From Octopus sinensis (Eukaryota), in contig NW_021824045.1 of assembly GCF_006345805.1 (NCBI RefSeq), forward strand, positions 1-20,114: DNA of 20,114 bases, in the 5' to 3' direction. Position numbers and translations under genes: made by a program. Below are positions 19,892 to 20,114 of this stretch, in pieces. Under the pieces are notes generated by a model, which saw only the letters and a list, made by a program, of their open reading frames with translations, had not been told where the DNA came from and made no database searches. Position 1 is the stretch's first letter, and the number at the start of each line of letters is the position of its first letter.

Positions 19892-20114
19892 TTCGGTCAC
19901 TCATACTCCACGGAAACTAGATTAAACTCTGGCTTAATCAATCCTGATAACTTTAAATCTATGTGTGTATAAGTAATTGAATATATATGTAAATAAATGA
20001 AGACAGGATAACTAAAACAGCCTCCGGTTTGTCATTTACCCCTGCAAAGTCAAAACTGACGCAACCTTCAACTGCAAATAACTCCGTGAAAAACGAATCT
20101 CGTTTTTTTTTTTT

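Overview
AT-rich, microsatellite-dense animal non-coding DNA (intron or intergenic). The SINE families look to me like those of Octopus; this is recognition from memory, not a database hit. I find no supportable host protein-coding gene. Nearly all listed ORFs are translations of microsatellites or antisense SINE reads. The window is a layered transposon landscape: at least four tRNA-headed SINE families (my labels A, B, C/D, E), a canonical non-autonomous Helitron, mariner-, hAT- and piggyBac-type MITEs, and decayed non-LTR retrotransposon coding fragments. The main result is an R4/Dong-like, restriction-like-endonuclease (RLE) LINE. It appears as an RT fragment (1988-2485) and two zinc-knuckle/RLE 3' portions (14510-15430, 16094-17054). 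Its ~110-bp 3' terminus occurs six times (one copy only 17 bp), always on the minus strand and next to (CATA)n-type repeats, including a three-unit tandem array. Other points of interest are degenerate Penelope-type hammerhead-like motifs (one inside a tRNA-SINE), three long inverted-repeat or palindrome structures, and a microsatellite-embedded C2H2 zinc-finger fragment.
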